A stretch of DNA of 64,000 bases from Salisapilia sapeloensis CBS 127946 (taxonomy: Eukaryota > Protista > Oomycota), in contig JAADVB010000062.1 in the NCBI GenBank assembly GCA_023334545.1, forward strand, positions 18,346 to 82,345, given 5' to 3'. The notes under the pieces are model-generated. The model saw only the letters and a program-made list of their open reading frames with translations. It was not told the DNA's origin and ran no database searches. Shown piece after piece: positions 1 to 10,428 of this stretch. Numbering within the stretch: the stretch's first letter is position 1; each line of letters starts with the position of its first letter. The position numbers were made by a program, and so were the translations under genes.

Positions 1-2
1 TC

Positions 3-1226
3 TATGAAGGGGAGTGGAAACACGGAAGGTGGAATGGAGAAGGAAGACATACTCGAGCCGACGGATCGACGTACAAAGGCGAGTTTCTCGCTGATCGTTA
101 CCACGGGTATGGGAAACTATACTATGGGCCTGGAGGAAAGTTGGGCTCTTACATCGGACATTTCAAGCATGGGAAGAAGATAGGCCATGGTTTGCGTGTG
201 TTTGCGGACAAAGTGAGCCAATACGAAGGAGCATTTGTCGATGATCAATTTCATGGATATGGCGTGCTAAAGATACCAGCGTACTCCCTCTCTGGATTTT
301 TCGATCGTGGTAGCATCTACGGCGAAGGAACCAAAAAGTTTGCTAATGGAAGTCACTATCAAGGAGAGTTTAACAATGGGCACTACCATGGTCGAGGTAC
401 ATTTACATACTCTGACGGTAGCTACTACAGCGGAGACTTTGTGAGCTCTCAGAAGCATGGCAAAGGTAAACAAGTTTTTAGCAGCGGTGATGTATACGAA
501 GGCGATTGGGAATCAGACTTAATGCATGGCGTCGGAGAACTCACTAAAACCATCGAAAGTGTCGCTGGTAAAGGTCTCTTCAAGTACTGCGGGTGTTTCT
601 GTCAAGGCAAAATGCAGGACACGAATGCAAAAGTCACCTACCAATTTCTACCAACTTGCTTTAAAATACCTCATAAGTACACGGAAGCATTTGAGTTTCC
701 AGTAGGATCCACTTTGTTCCACCTTGGCAGTGGAAAAGTTGTTTATAAAGGAGGGATAAGCAGCGGATACTTTCACGGAAGCGGCACAATGACTTCTCCC
801 GATGGCAAGATGAGGAGTGGTGAATGGGTAGACGGAAAGCTGCAAGGAAATTGTCTGATCGTCCGTCTACCTTTGCAGTATGAAATATTGCAGCAACTTG
901 AAGCCAAATTTGGCAATAAGAACAGCGAAAACCGGAGACAACAATACATAAAAATTTGCGGACGATGGGAGGAAGTGAGTTTCTATGGAGAGATCGTCCA
1001 GAACAAAAGACACGGCCGAGGATCAATGACACTTGAAAATGGAGATACAATCTCTGGATATTTCCACAATTCCTTTCTCGAAGGCGAAGCTACGTACAAA
1101 TTTGGAATAAGTGGGAAAATCAGGAGCGCTTGGTATGAACGGGGCAAACGACTACACTGGATTGACAAAGTGGATAACCAAAACGTCGATCGAAATGCGG
1201 AACCAGAGGTAGGCGCTGACAAATGA
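3..1226 (+). CDS. MORN-repeat protein, 5' end outside the window
   Basis: The frame is open from position 3 (YEGEWKHGRWNGEG...). Many YxGxF/WxxGxxHGxG MORN repeats. Confidence 0.85.
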   Translation, partial: YEGEWKHGRWNGEGRHTRADGSTYKGEFLADRYHGYGKLYYGPGGKLGSYIGHFKHGKKIGHGLRVFADKVSQYEGAFVDDQFHGYGVLKIPAYSLSGFFDRGSIYGEGTKKFANGSHYQGEFNNGHYHGRGTFTYSDGSYYSGDFVSSQKHGKGKQVFSSGDVYEGDWESDLMHGVGELTKTIESVAGKGLFKYCGCFCQGKMQDTNAKVTYQFLPTCFKIPHKYTEAFEFPVGSTLFHLGSGKVVYKGGISSGYFHGSGTMTSPDGKMRSGEWVDGKLQGNCLIVRLPLQYEILQQLEAKFGNKNSENRRQQYIKICGRWEEVSFYGEIVQNKRHGRGSMTLENGDTISGYFHNSFLEGEATYKFGISGKIRSAWYERGKRLHWIDKVDNQNVDRNAEPEVGADK

Positions 1227-1261
1227 ACTATAAATTTCCTGTAATATGTAGAAAATACCGT

Positions 1262-2689
1262 TTAGAGTTCTTCATGTTTTGTTTCATCTTCACTATTAGC
1301 CTCTGATGTCTTATCGTTCACCTTGTCGTTCGCATACCCTTCATACAACACTTTCATTTTTACCAGACTTCGTTCGAGTTCCGACGCATATTCACGAGAG
1401 CACGCCGCAGCAGTCTCAAAAATAAGCTGATATGAACACATGGAGTTTTCACCCACACTAACAATTCTCTCTTGATCGCCACATCTGACGGAAACCCGAA
1501 CATGACGATTGATGTCATTGAGGCAGGGCTCTCCGTACGCATAGAATTGACTTCGAAAAGCACGATTGATGAGACGGCCTCTATCATCTTTTACGATGTT
1601 CGTATCGTCTGAAACGTCAGACCTCCATCCACTCCATATGCCCAGCCCGACTGCCCGTTCTGGCTGCTGCTGCTCTTTATCTGCCTCTCGGGGGACCTTC
1701 TGCTGCGTGACATTATGAAACGGACAGAATCGGATCAGGTACGTCTCAGGGATGACATTAGAGGTGCCTCCACGCAACTCAGTTTCTTTAAGCACAGTCG
1801 TAAAGCACTCGCCTTCCAGTGCAGCAAAGTCGAGCGTGTTGTCTGCCGATGAGAACACGGTTTCATCATTCAGGCGCTGAAGCATACCGACATCAAACTT
1901 GGCCAACTGCATCTTTCGGTACAGCAGTTGCATCTTTTGACGATCCCTTTGGTCCATCACCTGCACATTCTTCTGGACCAATGACTGGATGGACTCGACA
2001 TCCTCCTCCAGCTTCTTCATCTGTTGGTACCGTTCGCGCAGTCTATCTTTTAGCTTCGACAGTCTTTCAGACGCAGCTGAATGATAATTTGTACGCACAT
2101 CCAACCCTCGATGTACTGCTGCTATTCTGTCTTGTAGTGTGGCGATTTCGGACGCATAGTATTGGTCGCAATCGGATAAGCAAGTAGCTGATGGCTCATC
2201 ACTTCCATCACAGCAATCACACTTTCCGTCATTTATAGCAGATATAGGAGCGTATTGGGCTTTATGAGCGCACTGGAAGGCTCCATACACGTCTTGTAAC
2301 GAGTCGTTTGGAAACACATGAGAACAGGCGGATGTCAAGCGTTCATCGCTCCCATCTTCACAATCACAGAAGTCGTCGTTAATTTTGTCGCTGGAAACTG
2401 TATCAGCACAGATATTTGAGCCGAAAGTTGACTTTTCAAATTTGCCAAAGAAATCCCAATCTTCCGTATCATCCCCATCCTCCTCCTCAATATCTTCATA
2501 CAATATATCGCGTTTATTGGCAGAGGATGCATCAGCAATGATCGCGACTGACAGGAGAACAATAGCAAAGATGGTGGATGAGATTAAAGCCTTCGTGGAG
2601 CCTGGGAATAGAGGTCGTTGAGTCATTCTGCCACCCCAGTCCATTTTCATACTATCGTTGCGATTTATGTTGTCATTTTTTATATCCAA
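1262..2689 (-). CDS. PRKCSH: Glucosidase II beta subunit-like (PRKCSH/Gtb1)
   Basis: Hydrophobic signal segment, two LDLa-like CDCxDGSDE motifs, coiled coil, Cys-rich MRH domain and C-terminal HEEL ER-retrieval motif. Confidence 0.85.
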   Translation of the reverse strand: MDIKNDNINRNDSMKMDWGGRMTQRPLFPGSTKALISSTIFAIVLLSVAIIADASSANKRDILYEDIEEEDGDDTEDWDFFGKFEKSTFGSNICADTVSSDKINDDFCDCEDGSDERLTSACSHVFPNDSLQDVYGAFQCAHKAQYAPISAINDGKCDCCDGSDEPSATCLSDCDQYYASEIATLQDRIAAVHRGLDVRTNYHSAASERLSKLKDRLRERYQQMKKLEEDVESIQSLVQKNVQVMDQRDRQKMQLLYRKMQLAKFDVGMLQRLNDETVFSSADNTLDFAALEGECFTTVLKETELRGGTSNVIPETYLIRFCPFHNVTQQKVPREADKEQQQPERAVGLGIWSGWRSDVSDDTNIVKDDRGRLINRAFRSQFYAYGEPCLNDINRHVRVSVRCGDQERIVSVGENSMCSYQLIFETAAACSREYASELERSLVKMKVLYEGYANDKVNDKTSEANSEDETKHEEL

Positions 2690-2944
2690 TCAAATATGCT
2701 TTCTGGAATTTGTGCCAATAGAATTATGCTTGGAAATTGGCTACATCAAGAAGCAAAGTATCTTCCTGATTTCTACTTTAAAGAACATCTATAAAGGCAT
2801 ATTCATGAATGTAGCAAGTAGTCCATGCACATTAAAAGGAAGCTGCTCATACATTTGTTGTGAAACTGCAATATGAAAAGTCGTATGGGATGTAGCTTAG
2901 AGACGTCGCCAATGCCCAGTCACATTTGCTAACTACTGTAAAAC

Positions 2945-3868
2945 ATGGATTCTAAACCATCCGTGCGTCATTCCCAGTCCGCACAGAAGAAGCGGAGTCA
3001 CCGACATGTAAAAAATCCGTCCAAGTCGAATGCACGAAACTACAGCTCTAGTCAAGCAAAGCTGGGTGCCAATCACATTGACATGGAGCGACTAGAACGC
3101 ATTTTTATAAACCGTCCATCACCGCCAGCCAAGGCACAGAAGCATAAAGGAAAGCATCAACCTGGAAGGAAGCGTTGCATTGATGTGCGTGACATTTCGT
3201 CAGATGAATCATCCTCCGACTTCGACAGTGATAGCTCCAGCTTCAGTTCGCATTGTGTAGTGCGCCATCGAGACGAAGATCTACTCCAAAAGAATTTAGA
3301 GAAGCATAACCTTTACAAGGCACCGATTGTGACTTTACAAAATGGTTTAAAATCAAAAGTCGATGAAACAAGGTATCTGATGCAAAAGCAAAAAGAGGAT
3401 ACTCATTCCTACTTTCAAGAGCTAGCAAAGCAATTTAATCAAGAACTGAATCATCTCCGACGGCAGTATGAGCGAGAGCAGGTAGATCTAGAGAAACGGT
3501 TTCAAAATATGATGTCTGAGCATCAAGAAAGTGTCGACAAAGTGCTACAAGAGGCGATTCACAATCTGCAACCGATCAACTATTCACAAGTAAAAGTCAA
3601 TGCAGATACGAATGGCTTATCATCGTATTCAAATTCCGAGTGCCCTGTAGATTGTACAGACTTCTTTGTATCCAGTCATGACAACCATTTCAGTCCAAAT
3701 GACTTTGCTGGCAAAAGCGTAAAGAACAAAGCTACTCTTAAGAAGCATACCTTGAGTAGAGAAGATGATCGAGCAGAACCGTTTGCTCGTCTACTGAAAG
3801 AGAATAAAATGCAAAGAGCTCAGCTCAAGCTTCTAGAAGAACGTCTTGCCATCTTACAGAGTGACTAG
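2945..3868 (+). CDS. Hypothetical protein, basic/Ser-rich N-terminus and coiled coil
   Basis: 307-aa ATG-initiated ORF filling the gap between genes, with heptad-like E/Q/K-rich segments. No family motif recognised. Confidence 0.6.
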   Translation: MDSKPSVRHSQSAQKKRSHRHVKNPSKSNARNYSSSQAKLGANHIDMERLERIFINRPSPPAKAQKHKGKHQPGRKRCIDVRDISSDESSSDFDSDSSSFSSHCVVRHRDEDLLQKNLEKHNLYKAPIVTLQNGLKSKVDETRYLMQKQKEDTHSYFQELAKQFNQELNHLRRQYEREQVDLEKRFQNMMSEHQESVDKVLQEAIHNLQPINYSQVKVNADTNGLSSYSNSECPVDCTDFFVSSHDNHFSPNDFAGKSVKNKATLKKHTLSREDDRAEPFARLLKENKMQRAQLKLLEERLAILQSD

Positions 3869-3999
3869 GTAGATACAACCGTATGCAAACTGTAAAAGCA
3901 ACTAAACGTCGCTCTGTGTACAGCCAATACAGTCACCATGTACATTTCTACCTGCTAAACACCGTTGTTTCACATAAAAGCTAGTCGCATTCTTCATTT

Positions 4000-4674
4000 T
4001 CAGACAATATGATGTGGACTGTGCCTCCTAAAACTGCTGAACCCTGCTTCTCCGTCGTTCCGTGTGCCATAACTTCGGAGTGGACGGTAGATACTAAAGC
4101 TGGATTCACTGTGGCTTGTGTGTTGACTGCTACTCAGCGTTTCGTCCCGAGACGAAGTGCTGGATTGCCGAGACGGCGGGAACCCATTCGCAAGCAAAAC
4201 TCGATTCGGGTTACTGTTCATGACCTTGTACGGCCGCCCACACATCTTCTCGTAGAGCAGCAAAGCCCACGCGACGAAGCTGACCGCTAGGAACAAGTAG
4301 AACCTTGCTTCTAAAGCAGCTTCTCGCTCCGCTGCAATGGGAGCCGTGTAGCAGTCGCATTTCTGGCTAAAGATGGTCGTCGCACACTCGTTTCGAAAGT
4401 GGCAGCAGCAGGGTTGAAATGTCGAAAGAATTTGGCCGCAGAATACACCTTCGGACTCATTGTTGACCGCATGAGAGCAGTCTCCAGTTTCATGACAGAT
4501 AGCACATCCATAAGCAGCCGGCTCCGATTCATTGTATCGGCGCTGCTTTGATGCTGATAAGAGTTGTGCGACGTGCTGCTGCTGAAAGTTTAGATTGCCG
4601 TGAGCGTATTGTGCACTTGCGGTGTTTATACTCTGCAGCAGGAGGAAGAAGAGGAAGCATAACCATCGATTCAT
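4000..4674 (-). CDS. Signal peptide + 10-Cys ectodomain + single TM + Ser-rich tail
   Basis: MNRWLCFLFFLLLQ signal, CxxC-x4-C...C...CCC...C...CxC pattern, TM FYLFLAVSFVAWALLLY. Same Cys pattern as the genes at 61294 and 62917. Confidence 0.75.
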   Translation of the reverse strand: MNRWLCFLFFLLLQSINTASAQYAHGNLNFQQQHVAQLLSASKQRRYNESEPAAYGCAICHETGDCSHAVNNESEGVFCGQILSTFQPCCCHFRNECATTIFSQKCDCYTAPIAAEREAALEARFYLFLAVSFVAWALLLYEKMCGRPYKVMNSNPNRVLLANGFPPSRQSSTSSRDETLSSSQHTSHSESSFSIYRPLRSYGTRNDGEAGFSSFRRHSPHHIV

Positions 4675-4755
4675 GCTGTTGATCTCTACGTTTCTTCAAC
4701 ATGGGTGGATTTGCATCGGTAACGTTATTCCCTTGGCTCTTAAAGATACCGATTT

Positions 4756-5929
4756 ATGACACATCTCCGAGCGCTCAATCGCACAGCCACGATGTGGAGG
4801 CAGGCTACAGGATCACGAGGTCGTTGGGCAGCACTGGCAACTAGTCTCTCGATGTCTAGTGCGCTGGCCGGAAGTGCTTCATTCAAGAGCTACTGTAGCG
4901 ATACTGCAACGACGGACACCCAGCCGGGTCCTGCGCGGATAATCGTCCGAGACGCTGGTACCGCCTCCACGTCCTTTTATTGCTTCAAAATACTGAATAA
5001 TGTGTCAATGTACCATGAAGATGAGTTTTCGCGCAAGTGGAGTAAATTTAGCAAGGATGGAATGGACAAGCTCCTCGTCATGGCGGACTTTGATTACACG
5101 TTGACCAAAGTGAACACCCCTGCAGGTATCGAAATGCGGCATGTCTTCTCTATATCTTTTATAAACCCTTACTGACCATTGCATGTTGCAACCCCTACAA
5201 GGTGAAAGAGCTGAGAGCTCTCACGGCGTTTTGCTTCATGCCATGAGCAAGCAGTCGGCCACGGATGCTTGGAACACTTTCCTCCACTACTACCCGATCG
5301 AGCAGTCCACGACTCTCTCCAAAGAGGAAAAGCTTCCCCACATGCTCACGTGGTGGAACAAGCAGCACGCGTTTATCTTACAAAACGATCTGACAAGACA
5401 GGACGTGTTGGACGCTGGCAAGAAGAGTAACGTGACGTTCCGAGAGGGCTTTGACGACGTCTTCAACACCTTGACCGCCTTCAATGTCCCAACGCTCATC
5501 TTCTCCGCCGGCCTCTACGATGTCATCCACGCCCTGCTAGATCTTCACTACGGTCCGAATGCCACGCCAAGTAACGTCCACGTCATCTCGAACATGATGA
5601 AATTCGACACCGACGGCGTCGCACGTGAGTTTCAGGGTGAGATCATCCACAGCCTCAACAAGAACGCAGAGGTGCTCGCCGGCAGTTCCTTCCTCGAACA
5701 GTGCCACGCAGACGAGCGATCGAACGTCTTAATTCTGGGTGACTCCATCGGCGACGCAGACATGGCACATGGTCTAGACGAAGACAAGCACGAGATGCTC
5801 AAGATTGGCTTCGTAAATGACGGCGGTCAGGAGAAAGTGGAGCAATACTTGACCAAGTACGACGTCGTCCTCACGAATGACGCGAGTCTCCACCTGCTCA
5901 TCCTCTTGCTTTCGCAAATGCAGAAATAA
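4756..5929 (+). CDS. NT5C3: Pyrimidine 5'-nucleotidase (cN-III, HAD family), 2 exons
   Basis: HAD motif DFDYTLT, IFSAG, and ILGDSIGDADM. GT-AG intron 5126-5201 with CTGAC branch point joins the two ORFs in frame (PAG/ERAES). Confidence 0.88.
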
Positions 5930-5981
5930 GTCCAACAAATGTACATGCATTGCAAGTGAAATCAAAATCCTATTTAAGCGT

Positions 5982-7469
5982 CTACGAAATGTTGTTCGGC
6001 TTGAAAACGTTGAAGCCGTCACTAGCAGTGCTCACCAACACGCCTGGGCACTGCGGGTGGAAGTGGAGCTCCTTGATGTCCGATTGACCTTGGTGGATGA
6101 ACAGCAGCTGAGGCGGGACGTCCACGTCCATTCCCTCGGCCGCACTGGCGTTCTCCTTGTCTTCTTCCACAGACATATCCCAGACGCTGAGTTGATTATC
6201 GGCACCACTCACAGCCACGACAGACTCGTCATTCGGATGCCACTCGATCGACGTGATGGGCGCCGTGTGGTAGCGGAAGTTTGCGACAGGAGCATCCGGC
6301 TTAAAGTTACGCATGTCCCAAATCTTGAACGTTCCGTCGTCCGATCCGGACGCCAACAAGTACGCCACGTTCGAGTTCCACGAGATGACATTCACGTCGT
6401 CGGTGTGGGCGTTGTCACACGACAGCATCGCGTTCTCCTTTCGTCTCGTGTCCCAGATCTTGATGCTGCGATCGGCAGAGCACGACGCCAGCACCGATGC
6501 TTCTGTCGGACTCCATTGCAAGTCCTCGACGGATGCTCTGTGGCCCGAGAATGGAGTCGGGTCGACGTTCCATGTGCCTCCTTCTTGCGGCTGCCAGACG
6601 TAGATCTTGCTAGCGCAGTCTCCCGTGGCTAGCTGACCAGGAACAACCGGAGACCAGTCCATGCCAAAGCCCTCATCGGCATGACCAGAGTAGGTGTAAA
6701 TAGGTGTCTGCTGCTTCTTCATGCTCGGGACGGGCTTGGAAGATCCATCCAGGGATTGAAGCTGGTTGGCAATGTCCCACAGATGCACTTCCTTCGTGTC
6801 CGCCCACGTCGCGACGATGTTGGAGGACTGTGGCATGCATCGGATGCGGTTGACTCCGCCTGGGTGCGGAATCGCTCGAGACTCGAGCAACGGGTCTCCG
6901 TCCATTGCAGAGTTCTCGTCATCTGACTCATCTTCCGAGTCCGAATCCGAGTTGGGGTCCTTCTGCTTGGTCTTGTACAGGTCCGCCATCTTCATGACTG
7001 TGATCTGGTTCTCATCTCGAGACGAAGCCTGTGTGCCAGCAACCATGTACATGGACAATGGAAACTTGGTGCGTACAGCTCCCAAGTTGTCTCGTACGAC
7101 GTCGATACTGAGAGCTGGCCACTCGGCTGTCATGGCGTAATACATGTCGTAGGCGCTGCTGTCATAGTCCAGCTCCTCGCCATCGCCGACTTCATTCACA
7201 CCTGGCAAAAACACCTTCTTCTCCATCTTCTCTTCGTCATCATCTTCCATGTCGACGTCCTTGCCGGTGGTAATTTCTTCGTCTACATCCTCATCGTCAT
7301 CGTCGTCCTGCTCCTCCACCATTTCCTCATCGTCGATATCGTCACCAAACGGGTCTTCAAACACCAAATCTTCGCCATTTTCGTCCTTTGGGTTGCCTAC
7401 GTCAGCCGTATGGCGCTTTGCACTGGCGTCGGACACCTCCTCAACACTTCGCTTCGCTCCACCTCGCAT
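5982..7469 (-). CDS. GRWD1: Glutamate-rich WD40 protein, ribosome assembly factor Rrb1/GRWD1
   Basis: Acidic N-terminus, LDYDSSAYDMYY...EWPALSIDV, WD repeats (GHRASVEDLQWSP, GSDDGTFKIWD), and LLFIHQGQSDIKELHFHPQ. Confidence 0.93.
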   Translation of the reverse strand: MRGGAKRSVEEVSDASAKRHTADVGNPKDENGEDLVFEDPFGDDIDDEEMVEEQDDDDDEDVDEEITTGKDVDMEDDDEEKMEKKVFLPGVNEVGDGEELDYDSSAYDMYYAMTAEWPALSIDVVRDNLGAVRTKFPLSMYMVAGTQASSRDENQITVMKMADLYKTKQKDPNSDSDSEDESDDENSAMDGDPLLESRAIPHPGGVNRIRCMPQSSNIVATWADTKEVHLWDIANQLQSLDGSSKPVPSMKKQQTPIYTYSGHADEGFGMDWSPVVPGQLATGDCASKIYVWQPQEGGTWNVDPTPFSGHRASVEDLQWSPTEASVLASCSADRSIKIWDTRRKENAMLSCDNAHTDDVNVISWNSNVAYLLASGSDDGTFKIWDMRNFKPDAPVANFRYHTAPITSIEWHPNDESVVAVSGADNQLSVWDMSVEEDKENASAAEGMDVDVPPQLLFIHQGQSDIKELHFHPQCPGVLVSTASDGFNVFKPNNIS

Positions 7470-7715
7470 CGCTGCTTGTCTCTGATAACGCGAATGGCTG
7501 GCTGAATCGCTGGCACATTCCTACATACAGACTTCAAGTCAGTGTCGATCAGCGAAATACATACCAGAAGTATACAGCCAATATCGCTTTAAAATAACAG
7601 AGGACTGACCACAGCTTTTATCATGTTGTAGCAATAGACTTTTCGTATAGAATTAGCCTATTGACAATGCCAACCCCACCACCCGAATCGAGCACAAAGT
7701 GGAATGGTGACAAGT

Positions 7716-8866
7716 ATGCGAGGCATTCGAGCTGCAGCGTCCGTTTCTCGATCAGCAGGCTATGCACACAGCCGCAACTTCTGGAGACAGGAACAGAGGT
7801 TTGCACACACTGACACCCACGCCCAAGATGATGCGAGACAATTGCAGCAATCCGTCCAGTACGTCCAATCACAATGATATCGCTAATAGCGTGCATTTGG
7901 CTGTCAACACTCCATCTCACGCCTTTATACAGAAAGCAAGACTATGACCACTTTGCATGCGGACTATTGCTACCTGTGGATGTTCGCCCGTCCTACTTTG
8001 CCATCGTATGTCGTTTTACACTACTGTCTTGATTGCGTCTCAACCTCGTCATGCAGAGAGCCATGAATGCAGAGCTGTCCACCATTAAAGATACGGTACG
8101 TGGAAACGCTTCCACGGGTGCCCTCCGTCTCGATTGGTGGCGCCAACAGCTTCAGATGCTGTACGACTCACCGGAACTAGCGTCAAATAACTACCTCTTA
8201 CGAGGTCTAGGCCGTGCCATCCACAAGCACAACCTGACGCATCGATTCTTCGAGCGAATCATAGATGCTCGTCTCCAAGACCTGGAGACCGAAAATGTTC
8301 AGACGCTGCCACAGCTAGAAGCGTACTGTGAGAAGACTGCGTCATCACTACTCTACCTCACGCTTGAGTGTCTCGACATTAGAGACGACAACGCCGACGA
8401 GGCTGCAGGTCACGCTGGTGTGGCGACAGGAATCACAACGTTGCTCCGAGCCATGCCACACCACAGCAAAAAGGAGCAGATTTACCTGCCGGAAGACATA
8501 CTTCGCAAGGTACATGTCAGATTAGAGTACTGTCGGAACGAGTACTAACGCCTTATGCAGCACAATGTACAAGCAGCGGATGTCCTACAGGGTGCTGGAG
8601 ACGCTGACGCAGGGGAAAAGGTGGCTCCGGCTGTGTTCGATGTCGCGTGTCGGGCGCTGGAGCACGTCCGAGCAGCTCGCGAGTTGCAGCAGAAGCTTCC
8701 GAAGCAAGCGTTCCCAGCCTTCCTTCCTCTCGTCCCTGTGAACAGGTACTTGTCGGACCTAGAGACGGCAGGCTTCAACGCATTTTCAGAGGATCTGAGG
8801 AAACCGGTGCACCCTGTGAAACTGCACTATGCCATCGTAAAGCACTACTTCCTCGGTCGAATTTAA
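7716..8866 (+). CDS. NDUFAF6: Complex I assembly factor NDUFAF6 (squalene/phytoene synthase fold), multi-exon
   Basis: Arg-rich presequence from ATG 7716; spliced DYDHFACGLLLP...AIRAMNAEL, RLDWWR, YCEKTASSLLYL, and QIYLPED. Introns at about 7860-7932, near 8005-8056 and 8510-8570. Confidence 0.8.
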
Positions 8867-8917
8867 AAGGAAAAACATATATTTTCTTCCGAAGGAAATT
8901 CAAATAGCTAGCTTTCC

Positions 8918-9671
8918 TTACGACCGTTGCTTCTTCAATGCACTTTCATCTCTGGATTCTTGCGGACTTGACGTCGACGCAGGCGACTTGGATACACCAG
9001 ACGCAGCGCTCGACGCTCGGCGCTTCTCCAGGGCATTCAACTGGCCTTGCAGCTGGTCTTTCTTGAGCTTCACTCGGTTCTCGAACTCAAATCCGCTCTT
9101 AAAGTAGTCCAGTCGAGACGGAGCAGAGATGTGAAGCAGCTCCTCTTCGATCGCACATGCCTAGGTATAGATTTAGAACTCTTGTATCCTGTTTATCATA
9201 AAGAGAATAACGTACGACTTGGAGCAGATCCTCGTACGTCTGACAGCGACTCGTGTACGCATCTCGGATCTTGGCACGAACGGCCTGCCTCTCTTCGATC
9301 GTCAAATAAGTCCGCCAGTCCTGCATCGAAGTCGACGAGCCGCTATTCGTACTTTGAGAAACGCTTCGCGTGGCACCTCCTGGCGGCCCGACGGCACTCG
9401 CCGAGATGGCAGAAGAATGTGGCACATTCCTGCCACCTGTGTTCGAGCGATGGTACACGCCAGAGGCTGTGGCCGCGCGAGCCATTTGCGGCGGACTCGT
9501 GTGGGGTAAGGACGTATGGAGAACGGACGGAATGGAGTTCATGCCGACGCCCAGTCGACCTGTGTTCGGGTTTCCGCTCGACGACGGATATGCGCTCGAG
9601 GAGCCGCTGGCGCTATTGCTCAGCGTCCGCTTGAGCGACGGGATCGAGTTGCCGCTATTCGCTCCGTTCAT
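8918..9671 (-). CDS. KIX-like domain protein (MED15/CBP-type coactivator domain), 2 exons
   Basis: Spliced C-terminus DWRTYLTIEERQAVRAKIRDAY...LLQVACAIEEELLHISAPSRLDYF follows the KIX pattern W..T...R.....KL..A......A..IE...Y.SA.SR..YY. Low-complexity N-terminus. Confidence 0.55.
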
Positions 9672-9807
9672 GCAATCTCCCTTACTTTGGTCTTTAACGC
9701 CGTTTTCGGTGACCAGCAGACTGGTACCGTCGCAGGCGAGTGTAACCCTGGATTTTGATGGTAGAAAAGCAAGTATATTGAAAGTTAGTGTGGTGGAGCT
9801 TGAGAAG

Positions 9808-10317
9808 TCATTGCGGCCACATGACTGGGTCGTGCGACCGGCAAAACTGGTCGAAAGCGCTGGCCAGATCTCGTTCCAGTTTTTGCACACGATCGCACGC
9901 TTCCGGATTGGCGTCTGCTACGCACAGTTTATGATATTGACGTTCACGTTGCTTGGATGCTTGGATTTCTTGGTGCAAAGATCGGTTTATATACGGTTTG
10001 CCCTTGCCGACATCGCGCTTGCCTTTCTTTTTCTTTTTCTTCTTCTTACTGTCAGCCGATGGTGCGCTGTATCGTTCCGAAAACTTTTTTCGCCATTCCT
10101 CACTCAATACAAATCCATACTCGTACTCCTCTTCGTCTACTGCTTTTTCCTCTTCCTCTTCGACAGGAGGCGATGCACTTTGCTGCACATCCATCGTAGT
10201 CTCAGGGAAAGACAGCGCAGTCCAAGGTGTCAACCAGCATCCCTGCTTTTGCTCAAATACCGCTCCCCATGCCTCTGGAAACGGAAACGGCGGTGGGATC
10301 GCCGGTCGATTGCTCAT
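9808..10317 (-). CDS. Gemin8-like protein
   Basis: Acidic/basic tracts, then C-terminal VQKLERDLASAFDQFCRSHDPVMWP, resembling Gemin8 [25 protein letters not shown] (recalled). Start taken at the internal ATG 10317. Confidence 0.5.
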   Translation of the reverse strand: MSNRPAIPPPFPFPEAWGAVFEQKQGCWLTPWTALSFPETTMDVQQSASPPVEEEEEKAVDEEEYEYGFVLSEEWRKKFSERYSAPSADSKKKKKKKKGKRDVGKGKPYINRSLHQEIQASKQRERQYHKLCVADANPEACDRVQKLERDLASAFDQFCRSHDPVMWPQ

Positions 10318-10428
10318 GTCGTGAATGTAGCTAACGCCTACCCTTTGCAACTGATGCTTGTCATTTATATAAATTTCAGCAGGTAAAAACACTCCAAACC
10401 AACCAAAAACAAGTTTTCAATTCAAGTC

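Noticed and set aside
4000-4674. RxLR effector call for the secreted proteins
   Set aside because: No RxLR-dEER motif, and a TM segment is present.
5877-6632. 251-aa plus-strand ORF
   Set aside because: Antisense to GRWD1, with no motifs.
9370-10386. 338-aa plus-strand ORF
   Set aside because: Antisense shadow of the KIX-like and Gemin8-like genes; its hydrophobic runs mirror the Lys/Glu tracts on the other strand.
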